Source: Antechinus flavipes | Taxonomy: Eukaryota | Length of the DNA: 64,000 nt | Assembly: GCF_016432865.1 (NCBI RefSeq) | Contig: NC_067399.1 | Coordinates: 498,542,001-498,606,000, forward strand | Direction: 5' to 3' | Part shown: piece by piece, positions 28,901-42,300 of the stretch | How the letters are laid out: every line of letters starts with the position of its first letter | Position numbering within the stretch: the stretch's first letter is position 1 | Translations under genes and position numbers: made by a program | The notes under the pieces: model-generated | The model's database searches: none | Seen by the model: the letters and a program-made list of their open reading frames with translations, nothing else | Told to the model about the DNA's origin: nothing

Positions 28901-29942
28901 TTTACAGTTTAAGGCTGAGACCTCAGGTTTTTCTTTTTTTAAGTGGTCACATAGGCACTGAGTCCGGGACCAACTTCTTCCCACTCTCACCCTTGGCTCC
29001 CTTCGTGTCCCTTCCCACCACCCCGGGACGCCTCTGAACTCTGCCAGCAGCGGCATCTGTTTGCTGGAGGAGTCTCCCCCGATAGAATTGTACGATCCTT
29101 GGGGGCAGGTACCAGATTTTCATTTATGACCTAGTACCGATGGCGCCCGACGGAAACTAGCTCTTAGTCGGCGCTTAAGATGTTAAGTGATACAAGCCTC
29201 ATTTGCAACCCCGACTGGGAATAGGATTTCATAATTCTTTAGTATTTCATGACAATATAATGGATGGCGAAGGGAAGGGGGGGGGTGTGTGTGCATGTGT
29301 GTGCACACCACAGAGGAAGACTACTTTAAATCTCTTGTGTTATAAAGAGTGAAGGGGAGATGTGAAAAAAGTAAAGTCCAAAAAGTGTTTATAAAGCGTT
29401 TCCCTGCTAGCCTTGCAAGCCGTATTAGATGCTATTACGTCTAAACGTGTGGAATTCGTGGGTGTGGCCAGCGGGGGGCGTGGCCTTCTGTGTCGGAGCT
29501 TAGTAACTAACTGCCCTACTTTGGGGAGGCGGGCTTGGAACTCGGAGGTGAAGTTTTTCTGGGGGACAGTTAGTTGTTTAGAGTCTGAGAGCTCAGAAAG
29601 GCGAGAATTGCCTGAGAAGTGAGCAGCAGGGAAGACAGTGTGGGGACTAAGCAAGGTGTCCAAGTCTGAGAATCAGAAACCTGAATTCAGGTTTGTTTCT
29701 GCTCGTCTGCTTGTATGATCCTGGAAAGCTCCCTTTTTCCTCTTTATCTCGGTCACCTCCTCTGTAACACGAATCGCTCGGACTGCCTAGCCTGGTCTAT
29801 TCCAGCTCTAAGTCTGGGATTCTCAAAGTTTGGAAAGGTAGGCGCCTGAAGGCTAGTTGATGATGAAAGGCTTTGAATGTCAAGCTAAAGAGTTCAGGTG
29901 ATATCAAACTCTTAAGATTCTCTGGTTCTCAGGTACAACATT

Positions 29943-32900
29943 ATGGCCCTAGAGAAGTTATGTGCGGAAGATGTAGAGCACCCAACCTTGACTCGGATTT
30001 TGGGAACGAGCACTGTTTTCCGGGGACTTGATCAGCCGAAAGTGTCAGTCAAGGGCCTTCTCTTGCCAAATAAAATCAAAGAGCAGTAAGTGTGGGCCTC
30101 TTACCCCCATTTCCTCCTTGCCCCCGGCCATGTCTCCTAGGGCTCCAAGTCTCTTGAAAACCCTGGGATCTTTGGCAATCAGGAGGTCTAGGTTCCAGTC
30201 CAAAATTTACCTTTTGCTGTGTGACTTTAGACACTTTTCTGTACCTGTTTCTTTATTTGTTCATGGGGATATCTTACCTACCAGAAGACTCTTCTCATCC
30301 TACGTTCCATGATGTTGTGATTTCCTCCGAGAAGCCATTTGCCCTTCAGAGTGCAGCTCTTCCTTCCCTGAATGCCCATTGTGTTAGATTGGGGAACACT
30401 GTCCACTTTTGCCTTTTGCATTTTAACCTTTCTCTTACCCCCAACCTATCTATCTGCCTAATTATCTGTCCACAGCTTTCAACATGGGCAGGATGCCATA
30501 GCCACAGGGGAATGGGAAAAGGCTGTAATCTCTTTCTCCAAATCGATCAACCTTAATCCCCACCTGGTGAGAATGGGAGAAAATGGGAGAAAATGGAGAG
30601 GGCAAAAACTCTTTCCTCCCCCACAAAATCCCCTTTTGCCCCCCCCCTTCCAGCCAAGGATTGGGGCTGACCATGGGCCTCCCCAGAATACAAAGGATAA
30701 GAAAATTTTCTGCCAATCCCTTTCTTGGTGCTACCCCTTTTGGGCTCATGGATTCCTTCGTACCTTCGACACTGGTCACCCATCCTCTAACCTTAAAGTC
30801 ACTTTCCCATATTGGACTTTTTTTCATCTCCTAACAAATCCTCTAGACCTTGTTAGACCAGAGGATCTCAGAGGTTCTTCCTTTACCTGGGATTCAATAA
30901 GCCTGGTGCAAATTCTGCAATGTGGGCTGGATTCGACTTTCCTGAACTAAGTAAAAACCAGCTTTCCTTTGGTGTCTTCCCTTGCTCTCCCCCCTCCCCA
31001 CAGGTGGAATCCTATGTGTTTCGGGCTGAAGCCTTTCTCCAGCTATGTGACTTCGCTTCAGCTGCCCAGAATCTTCGAAAGGCTACCTTGTTAGCCCCAC
31101 ACCAACAGGAGTTTATGGAGCGATTGTGCTTTGTCCTGTATCTGCAGGTACAGGGTTGCCCAGTCCTGCTAGGGAACCCACCTCTTCTGTCTCCTTCCTA
31201 AAGGCAGAAGGTGTGCTTCAGGCTTCCTGGCTTGTCTCTCTAATCATCTGTTTCTGTCCTGTGCTTATCACCTTGTTCCACCTCTCACTCTCTCCTAGTC
31301 TCTCTTTCTTCTGTACCAATATGTTTCTTTTTCTCCCTTTCTCAGTCTCTTCTCATTTTTCTCTCTCTGACTCTCCTGGTCACCCCCTCGTCTCTCCCTA
31401 TCTTGAGTTTTTGTTCCTTTGTCTGTGTCTCCTTGCTTCTTCATCTCTCCTTTTCCATTTCACACATCTCTCAGTATTTATTCAGCTGTCTTAGCATTCT
31501 GGGAGGAGAACAAAGCACATGTGGCTGCCTGTCTCCTCACCAGGGCCAATGTCTCTTTGAACATCATTCGTACATTAAAGCCTTAGACCTGTTCACCCAG
31601 GCTTCGGAGCTGCAGCCTCATAACCCCTCCTACCGCTTCCGCAGGTGACCCTGGGGTTCTTCAGGCCTTGAGGGAGAAGGGAGGCAGGGAATAGGGCTGG
31701 GAAAGAAGCCTCCCTCACTGTGGAATCCTCCCTTCACCTTATTCTAGCATTGCTTGCCTTTTGGCTATGAAACAACATCAGGAATGCCTCCAGATGATCA
31801 CAAAAGAGTTGAAGCAGAATCCCAGTCCTGATGGCTTCATCTTCCGAGCTCGACTCTATAACTACTTCCTAAAGGTAGAGCCCAAACCAAGCCTCTCCTC
31901 CATAGGTGGGATGAATTGGATTAGGATTGGATGAGAATGGCCCTCAGCCCTCTAATATCAGAATGAACAAGGGAGTTCATTCTCTGCTATTCCCAAATCT
32001 TTCTGGAAAAGTCAAGGAAATAAATCCCCAGGACCACAGCTTTACTCAGCCCCTACCCCAGCCAGTTTAGAATGCACTCAGCTTGAAAAGTAGTAATATC
32101 AAGTGAGATTAAGCTTTAAATGCCCAGATGAGGAGTTGTAGTTTGTCCTAAAGGCAGTAGGGAGTCAGTGAAGGCTTTTAAGAAGGGAAATGACATATAT
32201 TCAGACCTCTGCTTTGTAAATAAAAATTTGTCAACTATGTAAAGGAATTCAAATCAGTAAGCCGTTATCAAGAATCTATTATGTGCTAAGTACTGTGGAT
32301 AAAAAGGCAAAAAAACAAAATTGGATCTCAGAGTCTAATAAGAGATCAAAGAGGGAAGAAACTGAAACTTAGAGTCTTGATTAGGAAGTTGTTGCAGTAA
32401 ATCCAGAGTAGGTCTAAAAAATGGTGAGGTCTGAATTAGAGTGGGAGGCCCTTTAAGCAAATGGAAAGGGACAGATTTGAAAGGTATTTTGGTGGTAGAA
32501 GTGATAAGATTTGGCAACTGAGTGAATTTGAAATGTGAAGAAGTGAGTCAGGAATAACTCCAAGGTTATAGCTTACCCTTTCGAGGTTTACAAATCACTT
32601 TAAACAACAATGATCCCCACTTTATAGGGGAAGAAACTAAGATAGAAATATGTTGACTTGCTCAATCATACAAGTGGATTCATGATTCATCCTTGGTCCT
32701 CCAGATTTCTGACAAGGTCAGTGATCTTTCCACTGCCTAGTGAGGTATTTCTAAATTACTGTGGATTGGGCTATGGTCTAAAATGCAGATTTGCTGGACC
32801 CAGGGATCAGGTGTCCTGAGTGTAATCCTGCCTCTGCCCTGAACTCAGCATGACTTTTGGGCAAGCTGCTGTTCCCTATTTCCTTCTTTATAAAACCAAG

Positions 32901-33359
32901 GCGCTGCTACTAGGTAGTCTCCGAGGTGCCGGCCTTCCCTAACATTTTGATGAATCAGTTCATTGTGATTCTGAATTGCCCCATTCTGAGGCAGCAACAC
33001 AAGGTAGTGCGGTAACTGACCAAAGTGCTGGACAGTTTAGAAGCTCAAGAACCCCCTCAGATCCTACCTGTGCCAACTTGAGTCAGCCTCTTTCTGCCCA
33101 AGTCAGCCTCTTTCTGCCCAAGTTATCTAATCTGTACATTGGGAATTATAAAAGCACTTACCTTAGAGGGTTGTTGTGATTGTTTGCCTCAATTTCCTCA
33201 TTTGTAAAATGTAAAACTTGTAAAATGAGATGGAGAAAGAAATGGCAAACACTTCAGTATCTTTACCAGAAAATTCCAAATGGGGTCACAACACAACACA
33301 ACAATAGCACTTTATAACAAAGAACTATATAAATATTCTATATGTATATATATATACAT

Positions 33360-33396
<37 letters not shown>

Positions 33397-36300
33397 AACT
33401 AACCCACAAATGTCAAGGATAAAGCCATGCCTATAGCACAGCTCAGCTGGCACTTGGTCAGAGTACAGGACACAAAACTGGGGTATAGGGAAAAGCATCC
33501 CTGACCATTCAGGCGAGTGATTCTTGCTCCACTCCCCACCCTTTCTGCTAGCCGAATCAGTGTTACCAGGATCTGCATCGAGCTCTCACCTTGCAGCCTG
33601 AACACCCCGAGGCCAACACATTGCTGGAAAAATTGTTGGTTCAGGCCAGGAAGGTTCAGGAGGAAGCAATGATTGCTGCCTTGAAGGGGAACTTGGAGGA
33701 TTCTTTAATCCGAATCAACTGTGCCATTGAGAACAACCCAATGGACCCTGGCTACTACTTATTCAGGTATAATTACAATAGTGATGATAGTAGTACAAGT
33801 TAATAATAAATGATAATTTATAATAAATAATAAAGGGGGTAGATAGATGGTATGATGGATAGTATGCTGGGCCAAGAGTCAGGAAGATGAGTTCAAATCT
33901 GGTCGGAGGCACTTCCTAGCTGTATGACTGGGCAAATCACTTAATTATATTTACTTCAATTTTCTCCTCTTGTAAAATGAGCTGGAAAAGAAAATAGCAA
34001 ATCACTTGAGTGTCTTTGCCAAGAAAATCTTTCCCACCAAAAAAATGGTTATGAAGAGTCAAGTGTGATTGAAAACAACTGAATGTCAAAGGATATGAAC
34101 AGACAATTCTCAGACGAAGAAATTGAAACTATTTATAGACATATGAAAATATGCTCCAAATCATTAGTAATCAGAGAAATGCAAATTAAGACAACTCTGA
34201 GATACTACTACACACCTGTCAGATAGGCTAGAATGACAGGGAAAGATAATGGGGAATGTTGGAGGGGATGTGGGAAAACAGGGACACTGATACATTGTTG
34301 GTGGAATTGTGAACACATCCAGCCATTCTGGAGAGCAATTTGGAACTATGCTCAAAAAGTTATTAAACTGTGCATACCCTTTGATCCAGCAGTGTTTCTA
34401 CTGGGCTTATACCCCAAAGAGATACTAAAGAAAGGAAAGGGACCTGTATGTGCCAAAATGTTTGTGGCAGCCCTGTTTGTAGTGGCTAGAAGCTGGAAAA
34501 TGAAAGGATGTCCATCAATTGGAGAATGGTTGAGTAAATTGTGGTATATGAATGTTATGGAATATTATTGTTCTGTAAGGAATGACCAGCAGGATGAATA
34601 CAGAGAGGACTGGCGAGACTTACATGAACTGATGCTGAGTGAAATGAGCAGAACCAGGAGATCATTATATACCTCAACAATGATACTGTTTGAGGATGTA
34701 TTCTGATGGAAGTGGATCTCTTCGATAAAGAGAGCCTTAATTGATCAAAGATGGACAGAAGCAGCTACACCCAGAGAAAGAACACTGGGAAATGAATATA
34801 AATAAACTGCTTGCATTTTTGTTTTTCTTCCCGGGTTATTTATACCTTCTGAATTCAACTCTCCCTGTGCAACAAGAAAACTGTTCGGTTCTGCATACAT
34901 ATATTGTATCTAGGATATACTGCAACCCATTCAACATATAAAGGACTGCTTGTCATCTGGGGGAGGGGGTGGAGGGAGGGAAGGGAAAAATCGGAACAGA
35001 AGTGAATGCAAGGGATAATGCTGTAAAAAATTACCCTGGCATGCGTTCTATCAATAAAAAAGTTATTAAATGAGAAAAAAAAAAAAAGAGGAAAAAAAAA
35101 AAAAGAAAACAACTGAATGACAAATAATGAATGAAAAAATGTTTGGTAGGTAGCTGGCTCTTGGATATAGTGCTTTAACTTATGTAAAGCCCTGTACAAG
35201 TATTACTTCACTTTATCTTCATAATAATCCTATGAGATTAGCATTATTACCATTTTATAAAGTAATCAAGGCAGACAATGCTCAAGTGAATTGTCTAGAG
35301 ACTATATACATGGCTAGTAAGGATTTAACTTAGAATTTGAATTCAAGGATTGCTGACTCCAGGCCCACTCCATTGTATCATCCCACTGCCGATAACAACT
35401 GCTTTATTTATTTATTTATTTATTCATTCATTCATTCATTTATTTTTAAAATAACTTTTTATTGACAGAACCCATGCCAGGGTAATTTTTTACAGCATTA
35501 TCCCTTGCACTCACTGCTGTTCTGATTTTTCCCCTCCCTCCCTTCACCCCCTCTCTCAGATGGCAAGCAGTGCTTTACATGTTAAATAGGTTACAGTATA
35601 TCCTAGATACAATATATGTTAGTAGAACCGTACAGTTCTCTTGTTGCACAGGGAGAATTGGATTCAGAAGGTATAAATAACCCGGGAAGAAAAACAAAAA
35701 TGCAAGCAGTTTATATTCATTTCCCAGTGTTATTTCTTTGGGTGTAGTTGCTTCTGTTCATCCTTGATCAATTGAAACTGAATTAGCTTTCTTTATCAAA
35801 GAGATCCACTTCCATCAGAATACATCCTCAAACAGTATCGTCGTTGAGGAATATAAGGATCTCCTGGTTCTGCTCATTTCACTTAGCATCTATCTCTAAT
35901 GCTTTATATGAAGTCTTTCCTAATACCGTACATATAATATATACTTGCATTTATGTATATCTGAATGTGTTATTTTCCCCCTAATTTTAGATAGATACAC
36001 ACACATACACACACAACCCACTACTATCTCCTTCATCCCTACTTCCATAAAATGTAAACATTTTTCCTAATTTAAATTTATGTAATCCCCCAGTTACATT
36101 TAACAATATTTTTACTTTGTCTTTTAAAACTTTTGAGTTCCAGATTCTCTCCCTTATCCCCACCCAAACCCTCATTCAAAAACCACATGTGAAGTTAGAT
36201 AAAATATTTCCATAAGAATTATGTTGTAAAAGAAAACATAGATCTCCCACCCTAATTTAAAAAACCCTCAAGAAAAATAAAGTTAAAAAAGAGAGAATGC

Positions 36301-39300
36301 GTCAATCTGTATTCAAGCACAGTGATTTCTGTGGGTATACATAGGATTTTTCATCCTAAGTTCTAAAGAGTAGTTTGGATCATTGTACTGCTGAAAATAG
36401 CAAAGTCATTCAGAGCTGATCATCCCAGAATATAAACATCTTGAGGGCACTGAGTGTTTTTGTTTTTGTATTCCCAATGCCCAACTGGGAATATAGTAGA
36501 CACTGGCTAAATGACTGCTTGTGGATTGGCTGACAAGGGTTACACAGTCTGACAAAAATCCCATCCTTATCCACTTTTTACAGATGAGGAAACAGAGCTG
36601 AGCATGGCCAAGTGGTTTGCTCAGGGCCACCCAGCTGGTCTGTATCGAGGCAGGAGTCGGCCTGACTCTGCCCACTGGGCCAGTGAGCCCAAGTGCAGAC
36701 CTAAGGTTTTGTGTCATGGGAGCAGCTGTCAGATGGGGAGGAAGGGGGAGCAGAGCTCCTAAAGACCCCAGCACATTTATGCCGGGGAGGAGTCCCTGGG
36801 ATACATTGTCTGATGATCCCCTGGCTGGGGCTGGAGGGGAGGAGAGGAGCACAACTCAGGCAGTTATGGTAGAGCCCCTGGCCCGGGAGTTTACAAAGTC
36901 TGTGCCTTTGCCACTGATGTCCTGTGTGACCCGGGGCCAAAGGTCACACCATTGATAGCCCCTTTACTTCTGTATAAAATGAGCAGGTTGGGCTCAGAGA
37001 CAAACAAACATTCTGCTCTTGGGCCTACCAAACTGAAATCAGCCCGCCTCCATCCCAGGTCCTAGAGCTCACAGCAAGCAGAGGATACATTCCATCCACA
37101 GAGAGAATAAGATGGGATAGAGGGGGAGAAGGCGACAAGAGGGACGTGACTCTGGGCCAGGCTGGACACGGTGCCTTTGAGATGGAAAGATAAGGGCGAG
37201 TCTGAGGGCCTGTGGGGGGGAGGAAGGGGTGCAGAGAGGCCTGCTGCCCGACAGGAGGTGAGCCGGCCCCCTGCCTCCTCTCCCGCCAGGGGTACTCTGT
37301 TTCGGAGGCTCAAGGACTTTGATGCAGCCATTGACGACTTTGTCAAGGCCCTGGAGTTAAGCCCAGAGAGTGATGAGGATAATGAGGTTGCCAGGCAGGC
37401 CCAGCGCCAGCTGCTGCTTACGTACAACGACTTTGGGGTCTTCTGCTATACCAAGTGCGCCTACGAAGAAGGCGTGTTGCTCCTCAACAAGGCCCTACGG
37501 GGCGAAAAAAAAGAGAAGGGGATCTATATCAACAGAGGGGGTGAGCTGGATCCTTGGGCGGGGGGAGGGGGGGAAGAGGGGGAGAGCAGGGCAGGTTTGG
37601 AGATGCAGAATTCGAAGGGACTCCCTCATTGCAAATCTCAGGCATATCTGAGTCCCCGAGTGCCCAGATAAGCAGAAGAGGCTCCAGATGCAGTTCTGCT
37701 AGGCCCAAATCCAAGCCGCCTGAGTGCTGCTGACTGAACGGGCAGCTCTTGCCTTTGTAAAGGCCCAGCCCCTTGGCCTCCAGGAGCTAGCTGTCTTCCC
37801 CCAATTCTTATCCTTCCTAGCCAGGCCCATCCCCTTATCTCTCATCCCTGGAGGAGTTCACTCTTACTTCTGCCTTGGTTCCTGACTTCCTCCTCTCCTA
37901 GAATGCCCTTCCTCCTTCTGCTTCTCTAAGTCCTACAGGGTCCAGCTCACAGTCTACTTCACCTAGAAAGCCCTCTCCAAGGAACCTCCTAGTTCTCCCC
38001 CTTCAGAATTATAGCACTAAGTGGCACACTACTGGGGCTTTGCCTGCTAGTGTTCCCCTCACCACTGTGGGGCTCCCCGATGTAGTGAATAGACTGTTCC
38101 TGTCACCTGAAAATCAGCTCTGGGTGGGCCCTCTCAAAGACACAGAGGCGTTGCAATTTGCGTCCATGGAAATGGCCTGGATAATGAAGTCACAGATCCC
38201 GAGTACGAGTAATTTGCCCTTATCAAAACATCCATCTTTGGGGATAGGTATTTAGAGGGGAAGAGGGTACCCATACCCAGAGCCTTCTCAAGGAGAAAAT
38301 TCTCTCTAATAATGATTGATATTTGCTTTCTAATTTATAATTTTATAAAACTAAATTAAAATTGAGAGATCACTTAGCCAGGATCTCCCTGCCTCCCAAG
38401 GCCAGCTCTTTGTCAATTGCCTTTCATACATACAACTTTTCATTATTTGCCTTAATAGAAGGAAGAGACACCACAGTACAAAACAACAGATGATCAAAAA
38501 AATCAGTTGTATTTAGCTTTGGGAATGGGGCTAGGCTCAGATATCACAAGCCCTCAGCCTACATTTAGTGTCTTCCCTAGCTGACCTGCCCAAGACCCTA
38601 CAGCTTGATGGAATCCGGAGTGGGGGTAGCAGAGGGGTGACAAAGTCCCTCACGATGATTCCTGTTGGCCAAGTCCAAGTGGATGGAGGGGTGGGCAAAT
38701 GAGGCACTAGGAAGAGACAAGCAGAATCCCAATTGGAGGTGAATGGATTATGTTGAAGGGCTAAGATGACCTGACCTGTGTGCAAAGGAGGAAGATGTGG
38801 AACGTGGGTCAGATGAAAATAACAATTGGTTCCCTTCCTCCTCTCTGCCTTCCCTCCTAGATTGTTTCTTCAAGCTTGGAGAACTGACCTTTGCTGAAGC
38901 CGATTACCTGGAGGCATTGGCACTGTGTCCTGGGGACCAGGGTGCTCGATACCGCATGGGAATGGTTCAGGAGAAACTGGGGCTTCGCAAGCAACAGCTG
39001 AGGTGTGTGACAGCATTTGTGATGATGCTCAAGGAAGAGCCATTGGCCAAAGGATCTTCACAAGCCCTCTCTCCAGGATGATTCAGCCTGGCACTTAGCT
39101 AGCCAGGCAAATACCTGAGCAGCCTTTGCAGGGGGCCAAGCTACCTGTCAACTTTTAGTAGCTTCCAGTAACTGCTTAAGGCATGGCAGCCCAAGAGCTT
39201 GCTGTATTCCCTTCTCATCCTATACCCACTCTGGCAAAGGTGCTCAACATCTGCCTGGGAAGCCTAAACTTCAGTTTTCTAGTTAAATTAATTTGGGATA

Positions 39301-42300
39301 GTGTGCAGGACTTGAAGTGTCAGGAGGCCTTGGGTTCAAATCCTGCCTCATATTTACCAGTGGGTGAATATGGACAAGTCATTTATCTCTGCTTAAGCTT
39401 GTTTCCTCATCTATAAAAAGAGAGGGCTGGACTTGAAGACTTTTAAGGTCCCTTTCAACTCTAATAAATCTGTGGTCTTCTAATTAAGCAAAAGTATACA
39501 TGCTGGAAGCTGGAGAGAAAAAGATGAAAAGTGAGATAATCCTTGTCCTCGAGGAGTTTATCATCTATTTGTTCCTCTGCAGGATGACAGCTTCTTCCCC
39601 TTTTTCCCCCTTCCAAATTTCCATCTGCTCCCTTCTCCTTTTCTTCAAGGTGTCTTCATGAAATCTTCATTGAAACTAACCTCAAATTTCTCTTAGTGCT
39701 TTATCTTGATTTCTCTTGACATTTCATTAACTCCCTTATATTTCAGTTTATGTATTTGTTTTTCCTGCCCCTGTTCCTACCACTACCATCATTGGATTCC
39801 AAGTTTCTCAAGAGCAGAGCATGTATCATTTTTGTCTTTATATCTTCAATGTCTAGCACAATGCATGTGCTAGAATAATGCTTTGCAATATAAGTAGGCA
39901 GAATTTTAATATTTGATTTGAATTGAATTAATAGGGGGAATAAAACAAAAAATCACAAACTGGAGTAGTGCTCATTAACTCTTTCTCTTCCCACTAGAGT
40001 CAAATGTGAGGTTGAGAGAATATTTGAGAAAGGCTTCTGAGCTCCTGAGGCAAAAACTTGGGGACTATTGAGTTGAAAGCAATCCTAGAGATTATCCCAT
40101 TCAATCCATTTATTTCAGAAAGGAAATAGGTTTAAAGAAGGGAAGAGATTTGCTCAGAATTATGGATAGAGCCATGAATAGAATCCCATCTCCCATCTGT
40201 CACTCCCATACATTTTCTCCCCCCCCCCTTTTTTTTTTTGCTGAGGCAATTGGGGTTAAGTGACTTGCCCGGGGTCACATAGCTAGAAGTGTTAAGTGTC
40301 TGAATCCTGATTTGAACTCAGGTCCTTCTGACTTCAGGTCTGGTGCTCTATCCACTGGGCTATCTAGCTGCTCCCTTCTCCTCCCCCCTTAATGTTTTTT
40401 TTAAACTTTATTTCTTCAGTCCACATGTCTCTTCCCTGACCAATCGAGTCTTATAACAGATAAGACAGTCAAGCAAACTAGATCAGCATATTGATCAACA
40501 CATTGAAAATATGTCTCATTCTGTAGCTATTGTCTTTAATATCATTGTCTGTGCTGCCATTTTAATGTTTCTCAGAGCTGTGCACAAACCTAATAGAAAG
40601 ATAAACAAAAGGGGAAAAATATAGAACTGAACAAACTTGGAGAAATTGGAGCTACAATTAAGGTGTTAACTTTTTTTTCTTTGTATTCTTTTAAATTATT
40701 ATTATAGCTTTTTATTGACAAAACATATGCATAGGCAATTTTTCAACATTGACCCTTACAAAAACTTCTGTTTAAGGTGTTAACTTAATGGGATCATTAA
40801 AGAATTCTCAGTATTACATGGTACTCTTTACAAAAGTAGACCATGAGCTGCTAAGGCAGAGAGAATTTATAAATAAAAAAATATTAAATATATTCTTTAC
40901 AGATTATTAGTATGATAAAAAATAGCATTCAACATAGAGATCAAAAAGATTTAGACCTAAAGGAGATTTGGGAATGACATCCTAATAAATGTGTAAAAGA
41001 ACAAATATTTTTCTTGTACAGCATGATAAATGTGGAAATAATGTTTAGAAGAATTGCACATTTAACTTAATATTGAATTACTTGCTGTCTAGGAGACAGG
41101 GGAAAAGAGGAGGGAGAGAGAGAAAAAGGAACACACAAGGTTTTGCAAGGGTGAATGTTGAAAACTATCTCTGCATGTATTTTGAAAAATAAGAAGCTAT
41201 TAAAAAATAACAGAGGAGTGGACTGTTGGCCACTATCATCCCTTCTGGCTTAAGGAAAAAAAGATCAAATCATAGAAATAGTTTATAACAATGTGAGAAG
41301 GAATATTAAAACCACAATTTCTGGGATTTGGCTAAAGCATTTCTCAGAGGAAAGAAAATACTAACAAAATATAGAGGATGAAATTAATTTCTTTGCTACT
41401 GATGATTCTAGGACCGGGGGCTTAAGAAGTCTCCTGCTAGGCCTAACAATTTCTTACATCAGATCTCTCTCAGGCCTGAAGCACACAGACTAAGGTTAGT
41501 GTTCATGCTTGCATTCAAACATGCCTCCACTGGCTCTCACAAAGATTGATTCTTCCCACTATTTCTAGACAATATCACAAGGCCGAAAAACACTTCACTT
41601 CAGCCATTGAATACAACCCAGAGAGGGCAAATTTATACCTCCTCCGAGCGAGGAGCCGTCTGATGCTGCAGGATATCTTTGGGGCTCGCCAGGATGTTGT
41701 CACCATGCTGCTCCTCAACCCCAAACACCCTCAGGTGGGCTGTGCACACCTGCCTGCCTCCAACCTGGCCTAATTCAGTGGTAACCACTTAAGGCCCTTA
41801 ATCTTTGCAAGGCACTATAGTTGGTACTGGGAATACAAAGGTTTTTTTTTTTTTTTTAATTATATAAATCCTATCCTTAAAGTGTTTATACTCTTAAGTG
41901 GGGAACATGATCATATGTAAATGAGTATGAGTGATCAGGAAAGGAAAAGATATAGGAAAATGTTTTATGAAAGTTTGAAGGGGGAAAACATTTTATTCCT
42001 TCATAGCAATTGTGATTAGTGGAGGAAAACAAAGGTGGAGATTAGTCGCTAAAACAATGTGCATTTCCTATAGATTTTAAATGTTAACTATGACTGTTCT
42101 AGTAATACTTGATGACAAAGGATTGTTCTTTCAAGTTCACAAGTTATGCAGGAAGAGTCTAATTTCCTTAGGCCAAACCTGGAGAACCCAAATCTGGATC
42201 TCTCAGTTTACCCTTCCTCTCTTCCTCATAGCTGGTTCCTATGATGGCAAACCTCTTCCCTGGGCAGTCTACAGAGTCTGTGCTGAACAGCAAGACAATG

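Noticed and set aside
37555-37585. G-rich runs near splice donors (also 44953-44968) as G-quadruplexes
   Set aside because: Such runs are common in GC-rich mammalian introns, and nothing marks these as special.
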